Source: a virus (lineage: Duplodnaviria; Caudoviricetes). Taken from it: DNA of 64,000 nucleotides. The stretch is from positions 1,894 to 65,893 of IMG/VR virus record IMGVR_UViG_3300026121_000002; one strand, written 5' to 3'. Under the pieces are notes generated by a model. That model saw nothing but the letters and a program-made list of their open reading frames with translations. It did no database searches and was not told the DNA's origin. This document shows, one piece after another, positions 19,687 to 29,171 of this stretch (positions are counted from its first letter, which is position 1; every line of letters begins with the position of its first letter). Both the position numbers and the translations under genes were made by a program.

Positions 19687-22600
19687 GTGCACGACTTCCT
19701 CGCGACGTCAGAGCAGCGCGAATGGCTCGCGCAGCAGTTTGACGAGCTGCCGAGCGAGCACATTGTCGTCGCGCCGAGCGCGTGGGCCGAAGAACGCCGG
19801 TATTTGCCGGCGAGCGTGACGTCGCTCCCGGGGCCGTACCGCTTCGACGTCGTGCCGTACCTTCGCGAGGTCCTCGACTGCCTCTCCATCGACTCGCCCA
19901 TCCGCGAGGTCGTGATTCAAAAGGGCGCGCAGATCGGCGCGACGGTTGGCGTGCTCGAGAACGCCATCGGGTACTTCATCGACCACGTCCGGTGTGCGCC
20001 CTGCATGCTCGTGACGGCGGATGCCGAACTCGCGAAGCTTCGCATGGACTCCTACGTCATCCCGATGCTGCAGAGCTCGGGGCTCGACCATCTCATCACG
20101 TCCCACGACGAGATGAGCCATCGCAAGAGTGGCAAGGCGCTCTGGATTTCGACGCCAATTCCCACCCCTGCTGGATTCAGGCCGATCGGAGATATTCAAC
20201 CAGGAGACACGGTCTATGGAGCGGATGGGACGCCCGTCCGCGTTGACTGTGTCTCTCTTGTTCATGAACGCGAGTGCTACGAAGTAGCGTTTGCGAACGG
20301 CGACGTGATCGTTGCCAGTGACGATCACAAGTGGTTGGTGAGAACGACGCACGGATGCACCGACGAATGCAGAATCTATACGACGGCAGAGATGCATCGA
20401 TCCGGCTCTCAAAAAGGGATCGAACACTCGTTCCGAGTGGATGTTCCCAGCGCAGTCTCTGGCACGCCGAGTGATTTGCCGATTGCGCCGTACACGCTGG
20501 GCGCGTGGCTTGGCGATGGCTCTTCGCGCGGAGCGAACATTGCAATCGGAGATGCTGGATTAGGCGTTTTGCGGCGCATCGAGCAGGACGGCTACGAGAC
20601 GCGACAGTGGACCACATCGTTGGGAAAGTGCGCGGTGTTCGGGCTCTATGTCCCAGGCTGTGACGGCAAAGGGACGGACAACTTTTACTCGCGCCTTCGT
20701 CGACTCTCATTGATTGGCAACAAGCACATTCCGGATTCCTACCTGCATGCATCTTGCGAGCAACGTCTGGATTTGTTGTGTGGACTTATGGACACCGATG
20801 GCACGTGCTCCACAAATGGCGCGTGCCAGATTACCCAGAAGAACGAGCGGCTAGCGCGCGAAATCTGGTCGCTGGCAAACTCACTGGGATTCAAGGCGAG
20901 CTGGCGAAGCAGGAGCGCCAGGGCACAGACCGGCGCACCCATGACTGTGTTTGTCGTAGCGTTCTATGCGGACGTGAAGCGGCCGGTCTTCACGCTTCCA
21001 TACAAACTAGAGAGGCTAAAGGCATCGCTGGCTAGCCGATCGTCTGTGAACGCAATCGTTCGCATTGATCCCGTCGGCAAGCGTCTTGTGAAGTGCATTG
21101 GCGTTGATCATCCGAAGCACTTGTTCGTCTGCGGTCGTGGATATATCCCCACGCACAATACCGACAAGAAGCTCGAGTGGAAGGGCGGCGGCTTCCTGAT
21201 CCCGTTCGGCGCACAGTCCGCCAACAAGCTCAGGTCGATCTCCATCCAGATGCTGCTGCGCGACGAGATCGACGGCTGGCCTGACATCGTCGGCAAGGAT
21301 GGCGACCCGCTCAAGCTGGTCGGGGACCGGACTGCCGCCTACGAGCTGAGCCGGAAGATCCTCGACATCTCCACGCCGACCGTGAAGGGGTCGAGCAAGA
21401 TCGAAAAGCGCTTCGCCGCCGGCGACCAGCGCTACTACTTCGTCTGCTGCCTCAAGTGCGGCTTCCCGCAGCGCTTGCGGTGGCGAAGCCTTGAAGAGGG
21501 CGGGGTCATCACAGGGATCGTATGGGAGACCGAGAGTGGGCGCCTCGTCCAGGAGTCGGTCCGTTGGTGCTGCTCGAACTGCCACGCGGCTCATACCAAC
21601 GACGACAAGACGCGCCTGCTGTCTCCTGCCCACGGTGCGGAGTGGCGACCGACGGCGATCTCCTCGTCGCCCTTTCTTCGCAGCTACCATCTGAGCGCGC
21701 TCTACTCTCCCGTCGGGATGCAGTCGTGGGGTAGCTGCGTCGCGAAGTGGCTCGATGCGTGGGACTCCGAGCGTAACCGACCACGCGACACGCGACAGCT
21801 GCAGGTCTTCTACAACAACGTCCTGGGCGATCCCTTCGAGATTCGCGGCGAGCGGGTGCGCTTCGAGGCCGTCAGCGGGCATCGTCGCAGCTGGTACCTC
21901 TACTGCACACCAGACGACCCCACGACGCTCCCGAACCTGATCCCCAACACGACGTGCATGCGCTACTGCGGTAGCCCGGTTCTGTTCCTGACCGCGACCG
22001 TCGACGTGCACAGCGACAACCTGAAGGTCGCGGTCTGGGGCTGGTGCCGGGATCGGCGTGTGCTGCTGCTCGACTACTTCACCTTCGAAGGCGACACGGA
22101 GCAGATGGAGGCGCCGCCGTGGAAGGCCTTGCGCTCGCTGATCGAGGACAAGAGCTACGAGTCTGACGATGGGCATGCGTACGCGCTCGGGATCACGCTG
22201 GTCGACTCGGGCTACCGGACCGATCTGGTCTACCGCTTCTGCGCGGAGTACGAGTCTGGCGTCTTCCCCGTCAAGGGTCGCGAGGTCTCGCCACGAAACC
22301 AGCGCGACAAGGAGTTCTCGGAGTTCACAACTCCGACCGGGCAGCGTGCGTACGGCATCACGGTCGACTTCTACAAGGACCGCTGGTCTGCCGCGCTGAA
22401 GGTCGAGTGGGATCCGAGCCTCGGGATTCAGCCCGTGGGACACTTCAACGCACCGCAGAACGCGACCGACAAGCAGCTGCGCGAGCTGACGGCCGAGACG
22501 AAGGTGGCGCGCGTGGATGCCCGTACGGGGGAGCGGATCGGTTGGGAATGGCGCCGACCCAGTGGTGCTGCCAACGAACTCTGGGACCTGCTCGTCTACG

Positions 22601-22719
22601 GCAATGCCGCGGTGGACTTGGTCGCCTGGCACTACTGCCGGGACCAGCTCGAGCTCGAGCAAACGAACTGGCCCGCCTTTTGGGACGCGATGGTGGCGGA
22701 CGTAACCGGGAGCGGGTGA
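19687..22719 (+). CDS. terL: terminase large subunit, GpA family, intein-containing
   Basis: KGAQIGAT Walker A, LLRDEID Walker B, ISTPT, GDQRYYFVCC, LSALYSP, TVDVH, VDSGY and NELWDLLVY. Confidence 0.95.
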   Translation: MHDFLATSEQREWLAQQFDELPSEHIVVAPSAWAEERRYLPASVTSLPGPYRFDVVPYLREVLDCLSIDSPIREVVIQKGAQIGATVGVLENAIGYFIDHVRCAPCMLVTADAELAKLRMDSYVIPMLQSSGLDHLITSHDEMSHRKSGKALWISTPIPTPAGFRPIGDIQPGDTVYGADGTPVRVDCVSLVHERECYEVAFANGDVIVASDDHKWLVRTTHGCTDECRIYTTAEMHRSGSQKGIEHSFRVDVPSAVSGTPSDLPIAPYTLGAWLGDGSSRGANIAIGDAGLGVLRRIEQDGYETRQWTTSLGKCAVFGLYVPGCDGKGTDNFYSRLRRLSLIGNKHIPDSYLHASCEQRLDLLCGLMDTDGTCSTNGACQITQKNERLAREIWSLANSLGFKASWRSRSARAQTGAPMTVFVVAFYADVKRPVFTLPYKLERLKASLASRSSVNAIVRIDPVGKRLVKCIGVDHPKHLFVCGRGYIPTHNTDKKLEWKGGGFLIPFGAQSANKLRSISIQMLLRDEIDGWPDIVGKDGDPLKLVGDRTAAYELSRKILDISTPTVKGSSKIEKRFAAGDQRYYFVCCLKCGFPQRLRWRSLEEGGVITGIVWETESGRLVQESVRWCCSNCHAAHTNDDKTRLLSPAHGAEWRPTAISSSPFLRSYHLSALYSPVGMQSWGSCVAKWLDAWDSERNRPRDTRQLQVFYNNVLGDPFEIRGERVRFEAVSGHRRSWYLYCTPDDPTTLPNLIPNTTCMRYCGSPVLFLTATVDVHSDNLKVAVWGWCRDRRVLLLDYFTFEGDTEQMEAPPWKALRSLIEDKSYESDDGHAYALGITLVDSGYRTDLVYRFCAEYESGVFPVKGREVSPRNQRDKEFSEFTTPTGQRAYGITVDFYKDRWSAALKVEWDPSLGIQPVGHFNAPQNATDKQLRELTAETKVARVDARTGERIGWEWRRPSGAANELWDLLVYGNAAVDLVAWHYCRDQLELEQTNWPAFWDAMVADVTGSG
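20137..21159 (+). mobile_element. intein with LAGLIDADG homing endonuclease (class 3-type, Ala start)
   Basis: Junctions GK/ALWISTPIPTP and IPTHN/T; block B ASDDHKW, block F VKCIGVD; LGAWLGDG and GLMDTDG motifs; visibly lower GC. Confidence 0.92.
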
Positions 22720-22722
22720 GCC

Positions 22723-22995
22723 ATGTACCTGGAGCAGTGGCAGATCGACCACTACAAGCGGCGGCAGCTGGCGATCGAAGCTGAGCTCGCGGCGCTCGAC
22801 GCCTGCCTGCTCGCCTTCATCGCGAACCCGACGCAGTCCTACTCGCTCAACACTGGGCAGACCTCACAGCAGGTTACGCGTGCCAGCTTGCCTGCGCTGC
22901 GGGCCTGGCGTGACGGGCTACATGTCGAGCTTTTCGACCTGCTCGGGGCGCTGAACGCGTCGCCGCGCTCGCTCTACGTCCGTCCTGGCTTCTGA
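22723..22995 (+). CDS. head completion protein (gpW-like)
   Basis: QSYSLNTGQTSQQVTRASL; located between terL and portal. Confidence 0.7.
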   Translation: MYLEQWQIDHYKRRQLAIEAELAALDACLLAFIANPTQSYSLNTGQTSQQVTRASLPALRAWRDGLHVELFDLLGALNASPRSLYVRPGF

Positions 22996-23005
22996 GGAAC
23001 TATCC

Positions 23006-24691
23006 ATGCTTGATCGACTTCGCGGACGACTCGCCCAAGCGCGCGAGCGGATCGGCAATGCGATCGACGTGGCACTCGGGCAGCCTCCGCGAATTACCCT
23101 CGATGCACTCAGCCCCTACTCCGGCTTTGGCTTCGGCGGCTTCTCGAGGTTCGACAACGGGTCGAAGTTCGAGGGCGGGTTCGGTGAGACTGAACTGCTC
23201 ACCGCGGACTACTGGACGCTGCGCGCACGGTCGGCCCAGCTCTTCGAGACGAACCTCTACGCACGCGGTCTTCTGCGCCGGCTCGTGACGAACGAAATCA
23301 CGACGGGGCTCCACCTCGAAGCAACCCCGCGAGAGAAGCTGCTTGGCAAGCCTGAAGACTCGCTCGCTGAGTGGGCAGAAGACGTCGAGACGCACTTCGA
23401 ACTGTGGGGCGATGAGCCTTGGCTCTGCGACCACATGGAGCAGCAGACCTTCGGCGCGCTGCAAGTCCAGGCGCGACTGGAGGCCCTGATCGAGGGGGAT
23501 GTCCTCGTCGTTCTTCGTCAGTTTCAGCCGACCCAGCTGCCTCGTGTGCAGCTGATTAAGGGCGGCATGGTGCAGACCCCCTACATGAGCGGCGACTTCA
23601 AGCTCGCCACTGGACACCGCATCCTGCACGGCGTCGAGCTCGACGCCCTCGACCGGCCGGTCGGTTACTGGGTCACCCAGCGCGACGGCACCTCGAAGCG
23701 GCTCCCGGCGTACGGCGAGAAGTCAGGGCGGCGCATCGCGTGGTTGCTCTACGGGACGGAGAAGCGGCTCGACGACGTGCGCGGGAAGCCGGTTCTCTCG
23801 CTCGTTCTGCAGTCGCTGCGCGAGATCGACCGCTACCGTGACGCCACGCAACGCAAGGCTGTGATCAACAGCATGCTGGCGATGTTCGTGAAGAAGACTG
23901 AGAAGGCAGGGACTGGCAGTCGCCCCATGCTCTCCGGTGCCACCCGCCGCGGGACCGTCGAAACTCCGGACGCGGCCGGCCAGCCGCCCCGGCGTTTCAA
24001 CGTCGCCGAGATGATTCCCGGCCTGGTCCTCGACGAGCTCGCCTACGGGGAAGAGCCGCAGGGGTTCGCGCCAAACGGTACGGATGCGAAGTTCGGGGAG
24101 TTCGAAGAGGCGCTCATCCAGACCATCGCGTGGTCCTTCGAGATCCCCCCCGAGATCCTGCGGCTGGCGTTCAGCTCGAACTACTCCGCTAGCCAGGCGG
24201 CGATCAACGAGCTCAAGATCTACCTGAACAAGGTGCGCGTGTTCTTCGGCTGCAGCTTCACGCAGCCGATCTACGTGGAATGGCTGATCGCGATGGCGCT
24301 CACCGGCAAGGTGACGGCGCCCGGCCTCTTGGACGCATGGCGAGACGTGCGGCTCTACGACCTCTTCGCGTCGTGGGTCTCAGCGGACTGGTCGGGCAAC
24401 ATCAAGCCCGCCATGGACATGCTCAAGCAGGCCAAGGCCTACGACCAGATGATTTCCATGGGCGTGATCACGCGTGACCGTGCGACGCGAGAGCTGACGG
24501 GCACGAAGTTCTCTCAGAACGTGAAGAAGCTGCGCCTGGAGAACGAGGCGCTGGCGCGTGCGCGTGTTCCCATGCAGCAGTTCGACACGTCGTTCGCGCC
24601 TGCAGCACCCTCTCCCGATGACGACGCGGACGAAGGCAAAGGCGGCGAAGAAGAAGACGCCAGCATGTCTTCGCTTCGCGTCGTCTCCTAA
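23006..24691 (+). CDS. portal protein, lambda family
   Basis: LRARS, GVELDALDRPVGYW, VRGKP and NYSAS motifs. Confidence 0.93.
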   Translation: MLDRLRGRLAQARERIGNAIDVALGQPPRITLDALSPYSGFGFGGFSRFDNGSKFEGGFGETELLTADYWTLRARSAQLFETNLYARGLLRRLVTNEITTGLHLEATPREKLLGKPEDSLAEWAEDVETHFELWGDEPWLCDHMEQQTFGALQVQARLEALIEGDVLVVLRQFQPTQLPRVQLIKGGMVQTPYMSGDFKLATGHRILHGVELDALDRPVGYWVTQRDGTSKRLPAYGEKSGRRIAWLLYGTEKRLDDVRGKPVLSLVLQSLREIDRYRDATQRKAVINSMLAMFVKKTEKAGTGSRPMLSGATRRGTVETPDAAGQPPRRFNVAEMIPGLVLDELAYGEEPQGFAPNGTDAKFGEFEEALIQTIAWSFEIPPEILRLAFSSNYSASQAAINELKIYLNKVRVFFGCSFTQPIYVEWLIAMALTGKVTAPGLLDAWRDVRLYDLFASWVSADWSGNIKPAMDMLKQAKAYDQMISMGVITRDRATRELTGTKFSQNVKKLRLENEALARARVPMQQFDTSFAPAAPSPDDDADEGKGGEEEDASMSSLRVVS

Positions 24692-24710
24692 CACCCAGAG
24701 CGGGGCATTC

Positions 24711-25994
24711 ATGACGAGCTGGTTATTGGACGAGGGCGCGCTGCGGACTCTGCGCGAAGCGCGCCGCCTACAGATGCGACCGAGCGACGCACAGGCTCTG
24801 GTCTTTCAAGAGCGCGTGCGGGAAGAGGCACGCGCGGAGCTGCCAAGTATCATGGAGGTCGCCGGGGCGACGGCCGAGATCCGTATCGAAGGGATTCTGA
24901 CGAAGGCCCCCGACATCCTTGCCTTCTTCTTCGGGGGCGGAAACACGACCTACGCCGAGATCATCGCGAGCCTGGCGGTCGCGCAGAGTGATCCGTCGAT
25001 TCGGAACATCGTTCTGTGGGTCGACAGTCCGGGCGGAAGTGTTGACGGTCTCTTCGAAGCCCTTGCGGCGATCGAGATGGCGCGCTCGCAGAAGGCGAAG
25101 TCGGTCAGCGTCAAGGCAGCCAATGCACTGAGCGCGGCCTATGGGATCGCGGCTGTCGCCGGCAAAATCGAGGCGCAGAATATCGGCGCTCGCTTCGGCT
25201 CGGTGGGTGCCGCCGCGACCTACCTCGTAGAAGACGACGTCGTGGAGATCACCAACACCGACAGTCCCGACAAGCGCCCCGACGTCACGACCGAAGAGGG
25301 CAAGGCTGTCGTGCGGCGCGAGCTCGACGCCATCTACGAGTTGTTTATCGACGCCATTGCGCGCGGTCGTGGACTGAGTCCTGACGAAGTCCGCGAGACC
25401 TTCGGGCGCGGCGCGACGCTGCTGGCTGGGGACGCAAAGAAGCGCCGCATGGTCGATTCGGTGCTGCGGCCTGTGCTGCGCGCCGTCGGAGCCGCTGCAG
25501 AGCAGCTACCCAATATAGAGACGATCGGGGCGCAGAGCGCCGTCGACGACCAGAAACAGGAGATCACGATGGATCTGCGCACATTGAAATCACAGCACCC
25601 TGACGTGTATCAGGCTGCCTTCGCGGAAGGCGAAGCGGCCGAGCGCGACCGTGTCGGCGCGCATCTGACCCTTGGTCGCACGGGTGGCGAAGAGGGCCTG
25701 ACGATCGCGTATCAGGCGATCGAGAGCGGGGCGGCGCTCAACATGACCGCGAGCGCCCGCTACACCGCGCTCGCCCTAAACGCGCGCGATCGCGCCGTCC
25801 GGCAGAGCGACGATCGCCAGACCGCCAGCGCAGTCGATGCGCCGGCGCAGATCACGCCGCCGCCTGCGCCGAGCGCGCCGGCAGCGCAGCAGACAAGCAC
25901 GAGTGCACCGGCGGGTGCATCAGCGGTCGTGCCCGATCTCGGCGACAAGGTCGTCGATATTCTTCGGGCGCGGCAGGGGAAGGCGGGACGCTAA
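24711..25994 (+). CDS. S49 prohead protease with C-terminal scaffold region
   Basis: VDSPGG, ALSAAYGIA and GSVG; internal GGAG ribosome-binding site plus ATG (MDLRTLK) may give a separate scaffold product. Confidence 0.9.
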   Translation: MTSWLLDEGALRTLREARRLQMRPSDAQALVFQERVREEARAELPSIMEVAGATAEIRIEGILTKAPDILAFFFGGGNTTYAEIIASLAVAQSDPSIRNIVLWVDSPGGSVDGLFEALAAIEMARSQKAKSVSVKAANALSAAYGIAAVAGKIEAQNIGARFGSVGAAATYLVEDDVVEITNTDSPDKRPDVTTEEGKAVVRRELDAIYELFIDAIARGRGLSPDEVRETFGRGATLLAGDAKKRRMVDSVLRPVLRAVGAAAEQLPNIETIGAQSAVDDQKQEITMDLRTLKSQHPDVYQAAFAEGEAAERDRVGAHLTLGRTGGEEGLTIAYQAIESGAALNMTASARYTALALNARDRAVRQSDDRQTASAVDAPAQITPPPAPSAPAAQQTSTSAPAGASAVVPDLGDKVVDILRARQGKAGR

Positions 25995-26389
25995 TGGCAA
26001 CCATCGAAACGACCACGATCCGGTACGGCGGGTCGATCGCCCTCAAGGATGAGCAGTTCCGCGATGAGGTGATCACCTTTGCGGCAGCGGCGACGCTCCT
26101 CAAGGGGACTCTCCTTGGCCGCGTCACCGCGGGTGGCAAGCTCAAGGCATTCGCCACGGGCGCGAGCGACGGAAGCGAGAAGCCGGTCGCGGTGTTGACC
26201 TATGACGTCGTCGCAGTCGGCGCAGGCGATGTCCTGGCGCGACCGCTTATCAAGGGCGAGGTCAACCGTAATCGATTGATCATCGCAGCCGACGGCAACG
26301 GTAACAACCTCACCCCTGCCATTCTCGACCAGCTTCGCAACTACGGCATCACGCCGGTCGATGTGCAGCAAGTCGGGCAGACGGCCTAA
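25994..26389 (+). CDS. head decoration protein (gpD-like)
   Basis: GTLLGRVT..GKL...ASDGSEKPVAVL; precedes the capsid gene. Confidence 0.8.
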   Translation: MATIETTTIRYGGSIALKDEQFRDEVITFAAAATLLKGTLLGRVTAGGKLKAFATGASDGSEKPVAVLTYDVVAVGAGDVLARPLIKGEVNRNRLIIAADGNGNNLTPAILDQLRNYGITPVDVQQVGQTA

Positions 26390-26490
26390 CCCACCCTTCC
26401 ACTTCGAAGTCCGTCGGCGACCAACGTCGCGCTTCGCTGAACTGGTTCAGCGCGCGTGCTCGGTTCGGTGCGTCCGCAGGAGGTCTAGAC

Positions 26491-27570
26491 ATGAGCACCG
26501 AATCAACACAGCACCTGATCAGGATGTATGTGGAGCGGGCGAGCCCGGTCCTATTCCTGACGAGCTTCTTCGACAGCCCGCCGCAGAACTTCCACACGTC
26601 GGAGATGGTGTCGCTCGATATCATGCGCGACTCGGAAGAGGTCGCAATCGTCGTGCAGGACTTGAGTGCTGGGACGCGCGAGAACGAGCTCACGCTTTGG
26701 CAGAACAAAGGCTTCACGCCGCCCGTCTTCGATGAGTCTGCGACGATCACGTCCTACGACATGATTCGGCGCATGCCGGGCCAGGACATCTTCACCGATC
26801 CGAACTACCTCGCGAATGCCACGGAGCAGGCCTTTCAGGTATTTCGTAAGCTCGAGATGAAGATCCGTCGCTCGGTCGAGCTCATGGCTGCGCAGGTGCT
26901 GCAGACTGGAAAGCTGACCCTGACCGACAACGCGGGACGACCGCTTTTCGTGCTCGACTTCGGACCACGCACCGCGCACTTCCCGACCGCCAGCGCGGAC
27001 TGGGGGGCCGGCTCGGACAATCCGCTCGCGGACATTCAGTCGCTGGCGGACCAGGTGCGGCGCGACGGTCGCGGGCTGCCGAATCGGCTGATCTTCGGAA
27101 AGCGTGCCTGGCGCGACTTCTTCGCGAAGAAGGAAGTGCGGGAGCTCTTCAATCTTCTGCGGATCAATGTTGGCAACATCGAGCCGCGGCAGGTTCCGGG
27201 CGGAGGCTCCTACAAGGGAACCATCTTCCTGGATAACTACGAGTACGAGCTGTACGTCTACGACGGAACCTACGTCGATCCCCAGACGAACATCGTCAAG
27301 GAGTACGTCGGCACGGACAGCGTGATCATGCTGTCCGAAGGGACACGGCTCGACCTCACCTGGGGCGGCATCCCGCTGCTTCGTCCGCCGATCGCGCCTG
27401 CGCTCGAGTTTCTTCCGCCGCGCATCTCCGACGGCGCCTCGAAGCTGGACCTGACCGTCAACGCCTACTTCACGCCCGACGGCAAGCACTTGAAGCTCGA
27501 GGCGGGCACTCGCCCCCTCACGATCCCAACTGCGATCGACACGTTCGGTTGCCTCAAGACAAGGGTGTAA
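26491..27570 (+). CDS. major capsid protein E
   Basis: FLTSFF and IRRSVELMAAQVLQTGK; size and synteny. Confidence 0.92.
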   Translation: MSTESTQHLIRMYVERASPVLFLTSFFDSPPQNFHTSEMVSLDIMRDSEEVAIVVQDLSAGTRENELTLWQNKGFTPPVFDESATITSYDMIRRMPGQDIFTDPNYLANATEQAFQVFRKLEMKIRRSVELMAAQVLQTGKLTLTDNAGRPLFVLDFGPRTAHFPTASADWGAGSDNPLADIQSLADQVRRDGRGLPNRLIFGKRAWRDFFAKKEVRELFNLLRINVGNIEPRQVPGGGSYKGTIFLDNYEYELYVYDGTYVDPQTNIVKEYVGTDSVIMLSEGTRLDLTWGGIPLLRPPIAPALEFLPPRISDGASKLDLTVNAYFTPDGKHLKLEAGTRPLTIPTAIDTFGCLKTRV

Positions 27571-27579
27571 GGCGAGACC

Positions 27580-28098
27580 ATGGCAAACAAGCAAGACAAG
27601 CAGTTGGTCGATCAGATCAATCAGCTCGCGGGAACCCTGCAGATCTCCGCGCCCGACCTGACGAACCAGAGCACGCAGCAACTCGAAGACACGCTCGCCG
27701 CGCTGCAGAAGCTCAAGGCCGAGCGCGACGGGGGCGGCACGCAGGGTACGTCGGGCGGCGCGCAGACGACCGATCCGGCCCAGTCGAAGTCCCTCCCAAG
27801 CTCCGAGCCTGGAGAGATCGCGCCCATCCCCGGGCAGGTCGCGGGCAAGGACAAGCCCGAGCCCTCCGCGAGTGGTTACCGGGTCGCACCAGGGAAGTCG
27901 CTCACGGGCGCCCGGGGTGACCTGCATGATGCGGGCGCCGAGATCGGCGAGAAGGACGTCGCCGGCGGGGCCGAGCGGCTTACGGAGCTCGAGAAGCTCG
28001 GATACGTCGTCAAGACCGAGAAGAAGTCCAGCGAGCCTGCGCAGCCCGCTGAGTCCGGACAGTCGCCTGGTGGCGGCACGTCCTCGCCCACGGGGTGA
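27580..28098 (+). CDS. hypothetical head-associated protein (gpFI position)
   Basis: Synteny only; low-complexity linker. Confidence 0.5.
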   Translation: MANKQDKQLVDQINQLAGTLQISAPDLTNQSTQQLEDTLAALQKLKAERDGGGTQGTSGGAQTTDPAQSKSLPSSEPGEIAPIPGQVAGKDKPEPSASGYRVAPGKSLTGARGDLHDAGAEIGEKDVAGGAERLTELEKLGYVVKTEKKSSEPAQPAESGQSPGGGTSSPTG

Positions 28099-28476
28099 GT
28101 GAGCCTGCGCCTACTCGCGATCGCCGACCACGCGGCGATCCTTTCCGATGTGACGGCGTTCGCCACCGCGATCACCGTGACCAATCCCGCCGGCGTGAGC
28201 GTGACGCTTGCCGGGTTGGCGTCGGACGTCGGCGAGGTCGTGGACCCGGAGACGGGATTGGGAATCATGGGGCGACGCGTGACAGTGCAGCTGTTGCCCG
28301 CGGTGCTCGCACCTCTCGGCGAAGTGCGTGCCGTCTCGGAGGGGTCGTCCAAACCGTGGACGGTACGCTTTGCAGACGCGCACGGCGTCGAGCGCACGTA
28401 CAAGGTGATCGAGGTGCTGCCAGACAACGATCTCGGGAGCGTCCGGTGCGTCGGCGAAGTCTACAAGAGCGGGTGA
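28099..28476 (+). CDS. putative head-tail joining protein
   Basis: Synteny; VDPETG motif; beta-rich. Confidence 0.55.
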   Translation: MSLRLLAIADHAAILSDVTAFATAITVTNPAGVSVTLAGLASDVGEVVDPETGLGIMGRRVTVQLLPAVLAPLGEVRAVSEGSSKPWTVRFADAHGVERTYKVIEVLPDNDLGSVRCVGEVYKSG

Positions 28477-28480
28477 GCTG

Positions 28481-29167
28481 ATGCTGGCTCCCAAGCTCAC
28501 CGAGCTCGTCGACAAGGTCGACGTGTTCGAGCTGGTGCGAGATCAGATCGGAGCCCTGCTCTTGATCGAGACCGAGCAGCAGCAGCTCCTCGCCACCGCA
28601 GCCGCGCGCGACCCCACGCCTTGGGATCTGCGCGTGTACACGGAGCGGACCAACCCCTTCGGCGAGTTCGTTGACCTGGTCGAAGGGGAGGACCCACCTC
28701 GTCCCATCGTCAACGTCAGCTACTCGGGCTCGACCTACATCAAGTCGTCGTCCAACGTGGTCGAGCGTCAACGCGCGGACTCGACCTACTTCATCGACTG
28801 CTACGCAGTTGCTGTAAGCCAGGACGTCGCCGGGGGCGGGCACCGTCCAGGCGACGAGCTCGCCGCCCTCGAGGTGCAACGGGTCATCCGGCTCGTCCGG
28901 AACTACTTGATGAGTGCCGAGTACACCTATCTCGGGCTGCGCGGCACGGTTGGCGGACGCTGGATCGCCTCGATCGAAACGATGGATCCGCAGCTCGATG
29001 CGCTGCAGGTACAGCGGGTCGGCGCAGCGCGGATCACGCTCACCGTCGACCATTCCGAGTACTCGCCGCAGGTCCGCGGCGAGCCGCTCGAACTGCTCTC
29101 CCTCAACGTGCGACGCGCGGCGGACGGCGAGCTTTCCTATTTCACCGCGACCTTCCCGGGAGTCTGA
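28481..29167 (+). CDS. putative tail terminator/completion protein
   Basis: Synteny, immediately before the sheath. Confidence 0.55.
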   Translation: MLAPKLTELVDKVDVFELVRDQIGALLLIETEQQQLLATAAARDPTPWDLRVYTERTNPFGEFVDLVEGEDPPRPIVNVSYSGSTYIKSSSNVVERQRADSTYFIDCYAVAVSQDVAGGGHRPGDELAALEVQRVIRLVRNYLMSAEYTYLGLRGTVGGRWIASIETMDPQLDALQVQRVGAARITLTVDHSEYSPQVRGEPLELLSLNVRRAADGELSYFTATFPGV

Positions 29168-29171
29168 ACCC

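Noticed and set aside
21016-22752. Long antisense ORFs (for example 21016-22752, 26551-27927, 54023-55270)
   Set aside because: These are shadow ORFs opposite well-supported genes, expected in high-GC DNA.
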